This document shows, one piece after another, positions 62,385 to 64,000 of a stretch of DNA of 64,000 bases. The DNA lies in the NCBI RefSeq assembly GCF_963921235.1, contig NC_086122.1, positions 32,488,001 through 32,552,000 of the forward strand, read 5' to 3'. Under the pieces are notes generated by a model. The model was not told the DNA's origin, ran no database searches, and saw only the letters and a list, made by a program, of their open reading frames with translations. Each line of letters begins with the position of its first letter. The stretch's first letter is position 1. This stretch comes from Mobula hypostoma. Lineage: Eukaryota. Both the position numbers and the translations under genes were made by a program.

Positions 62385-64000
62385 TTATCCAATGAAGCAA
62401 AAGATCTCTAGCAAGTGTATAATCAAATATTACAACAGAAAGTTAACATGTCCAACTTACAGAGAATTTGGCTTATAGATAGTTGTTGGGAACAGAACCC
62501 TCTTGTAACCTGGGCACTGCTTGTACTTCGTTTAGGGAGGCAGTCATAACTGAGGTACATTAGATTTGGTTAATGGTCAGGAACAGAAGGGTGTATTTGG
62601 TTTTCCAATGTTGGCTTTGAAAATGCCTAAAAAATGAAATGGTAGTTAGTTATTGAATATCATGCTTAATTCTGACTTTAGTAAGGCTTTCTCTCTCAGA
62701 TTTTTAGTTATACACCAGGAGTGTCTCAAATGTTTCACGCTGAAATGCCCAGTACAATAGTGTGATCTTGGAAGTGTACCAACTACGACAATGACCTATC
62801 TAAGTGCTGGAGTGACCTTCAACTACTTCTGAAAAGTCCACTATTGTGTTCATGAGTGATCAATTTTTCCTCCAGTTTCTGCCACTCTAACTGGTTTCTT
62901 TAAGATAGTACTTCTCAAACCTTTGTTCAACTGACTCACTTTACCCAAATGGTTCACAAATATTACCCAATAGTAGGTTATCTGGTCTGCTGACCGTTGT
63001 GAGTGTTAAGGAGCAGAGATGGTGACCTATATTTTTAGCATTGTGGTCACAGTCTTGAAAACAAATGCTTTAAGATGCAGTTGTTATTCCCCCCCCGCCC
63101 CCACCCACACTGTTACTGCCATATCACTTCACCCACATGCCTTTAGAAGTAGTAACCTTGGGATTTCTTTAACACATTTTACAGATTCAAGTTGAAAACC
63201 GCAAGCAGAAAATTGTGAAATTGTTTGACGACCTACGAAATGCACCATCTGTGACAAATTTATGACCTTGTAGCTTATTTAGAAAGGAAAGTTGATGTAT
63301 TTCATATATTCTTGAGGTCAATTTTTGTCTTATTTTGTGTAAAACTGAAAGAAAATGAATGCCAAGGTAGAAAGAAATTAGCATGGATGATATAAAGTTA
63401 GTAAGAACCTGTTTGTAGAATGACAAGGAAGTTACTACATGCAGGGATGCTGTTTGGTCAATCAGATCCATGCTGTTTTCTAACAAGAGAAATCCAGTGT
63501 TCTCCTTTCCTGTTGTCTCTTCATAACTTGATAACATTTTCCCCCCAATGCTATTTGAATACCGTGTTTAAGTCCGTCTCACAACCCATCTCCATTAGCA
63601 CTACACCTCCAACACTAGTGTTTTCCAGATCATTTTGCAAAAAAAGTTTTAAGAAGGAGGGTCTCTGCCCAAAATGTTGACTGGATGCTGCCTGACCTGC
63701 TGAGTTCCTCCAGCACTTTTTTTTGTGTGTTGCTTTGGATTTAAAGCATCTGCAAGATTTCTTATGTTTAAGTTACTTTTGATGCTTTTGCCGTTCACCT
63801 TCATTCTTTGGTTCTTGGTAACAGGAAAAGTTTCTCTTTGTCTGAAGCCCTTTCAACCTACTTGTTCGTAGGAGAACTATTTTGCCTTTAGTCTACACAC
63901 AAATCAAAGATCCTTATCCCTGGAATCATTCTAAATCCTTCTTGTTTTTCCTAAAACATGGTGCTAAGAAATGGATGCATCCTTCCAATTGAGGCCAAAC

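Noticed and set aside
40050-64000. GRHL2, expected from human synteny
   Set aside because: No GRHL-like coding sequence recognised; the first exon looks non-coding.
1-64000. CRISPR array, operon or prokaryotic defence system
   Set aside because: No regularly spaced repeat-spacer array. Spliceosomal introns, CpG islands and vertebrate repeats show this is eukaryotic DNA, and most short ORFs in the track are non-coding noise.

Overview
Repeat-rich vertebrate genomic DNA. The repeat repertoire (HE1/V-SINE-like SINEs, CR1, Rex/Babar-type LINEs, Penelope-type elements) suggests a cartilaginous fish, probably a ray; this is inference. Host genes: (1) the first coding exon and CpG-island promoter of a 14-3-3 gene on the minus strand, with the remaining exons left of the window; (2) a complete ZNF706-type gene on the minus strand (75 aa, two coding exons); (3) a CpG-island first exon with two short upstream ORFs at about 40.1-40.4 kb on the plus strand, belonging to an unidentified gene whose long intron probably fills the rest of the window. 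The remainder is transposon-derived: an internally deleted Gypsy LTR element, two Tc1 copies sharing the same inactivating lesions, Chapaev3, Harbinger, Tigger and hAT derivatives, bipartite RTE elements and many LINE/SINE fragments. The most system-like signal is a family of Penelope-derived insertions carrying minimal type I hammerhead ribozyme motifs, with target-site duplications (TSDs) and fold-back 5' ends; one fold-back is centred exactly on the predicted self-cleavage site. All calls were made by eye, with no searches run.
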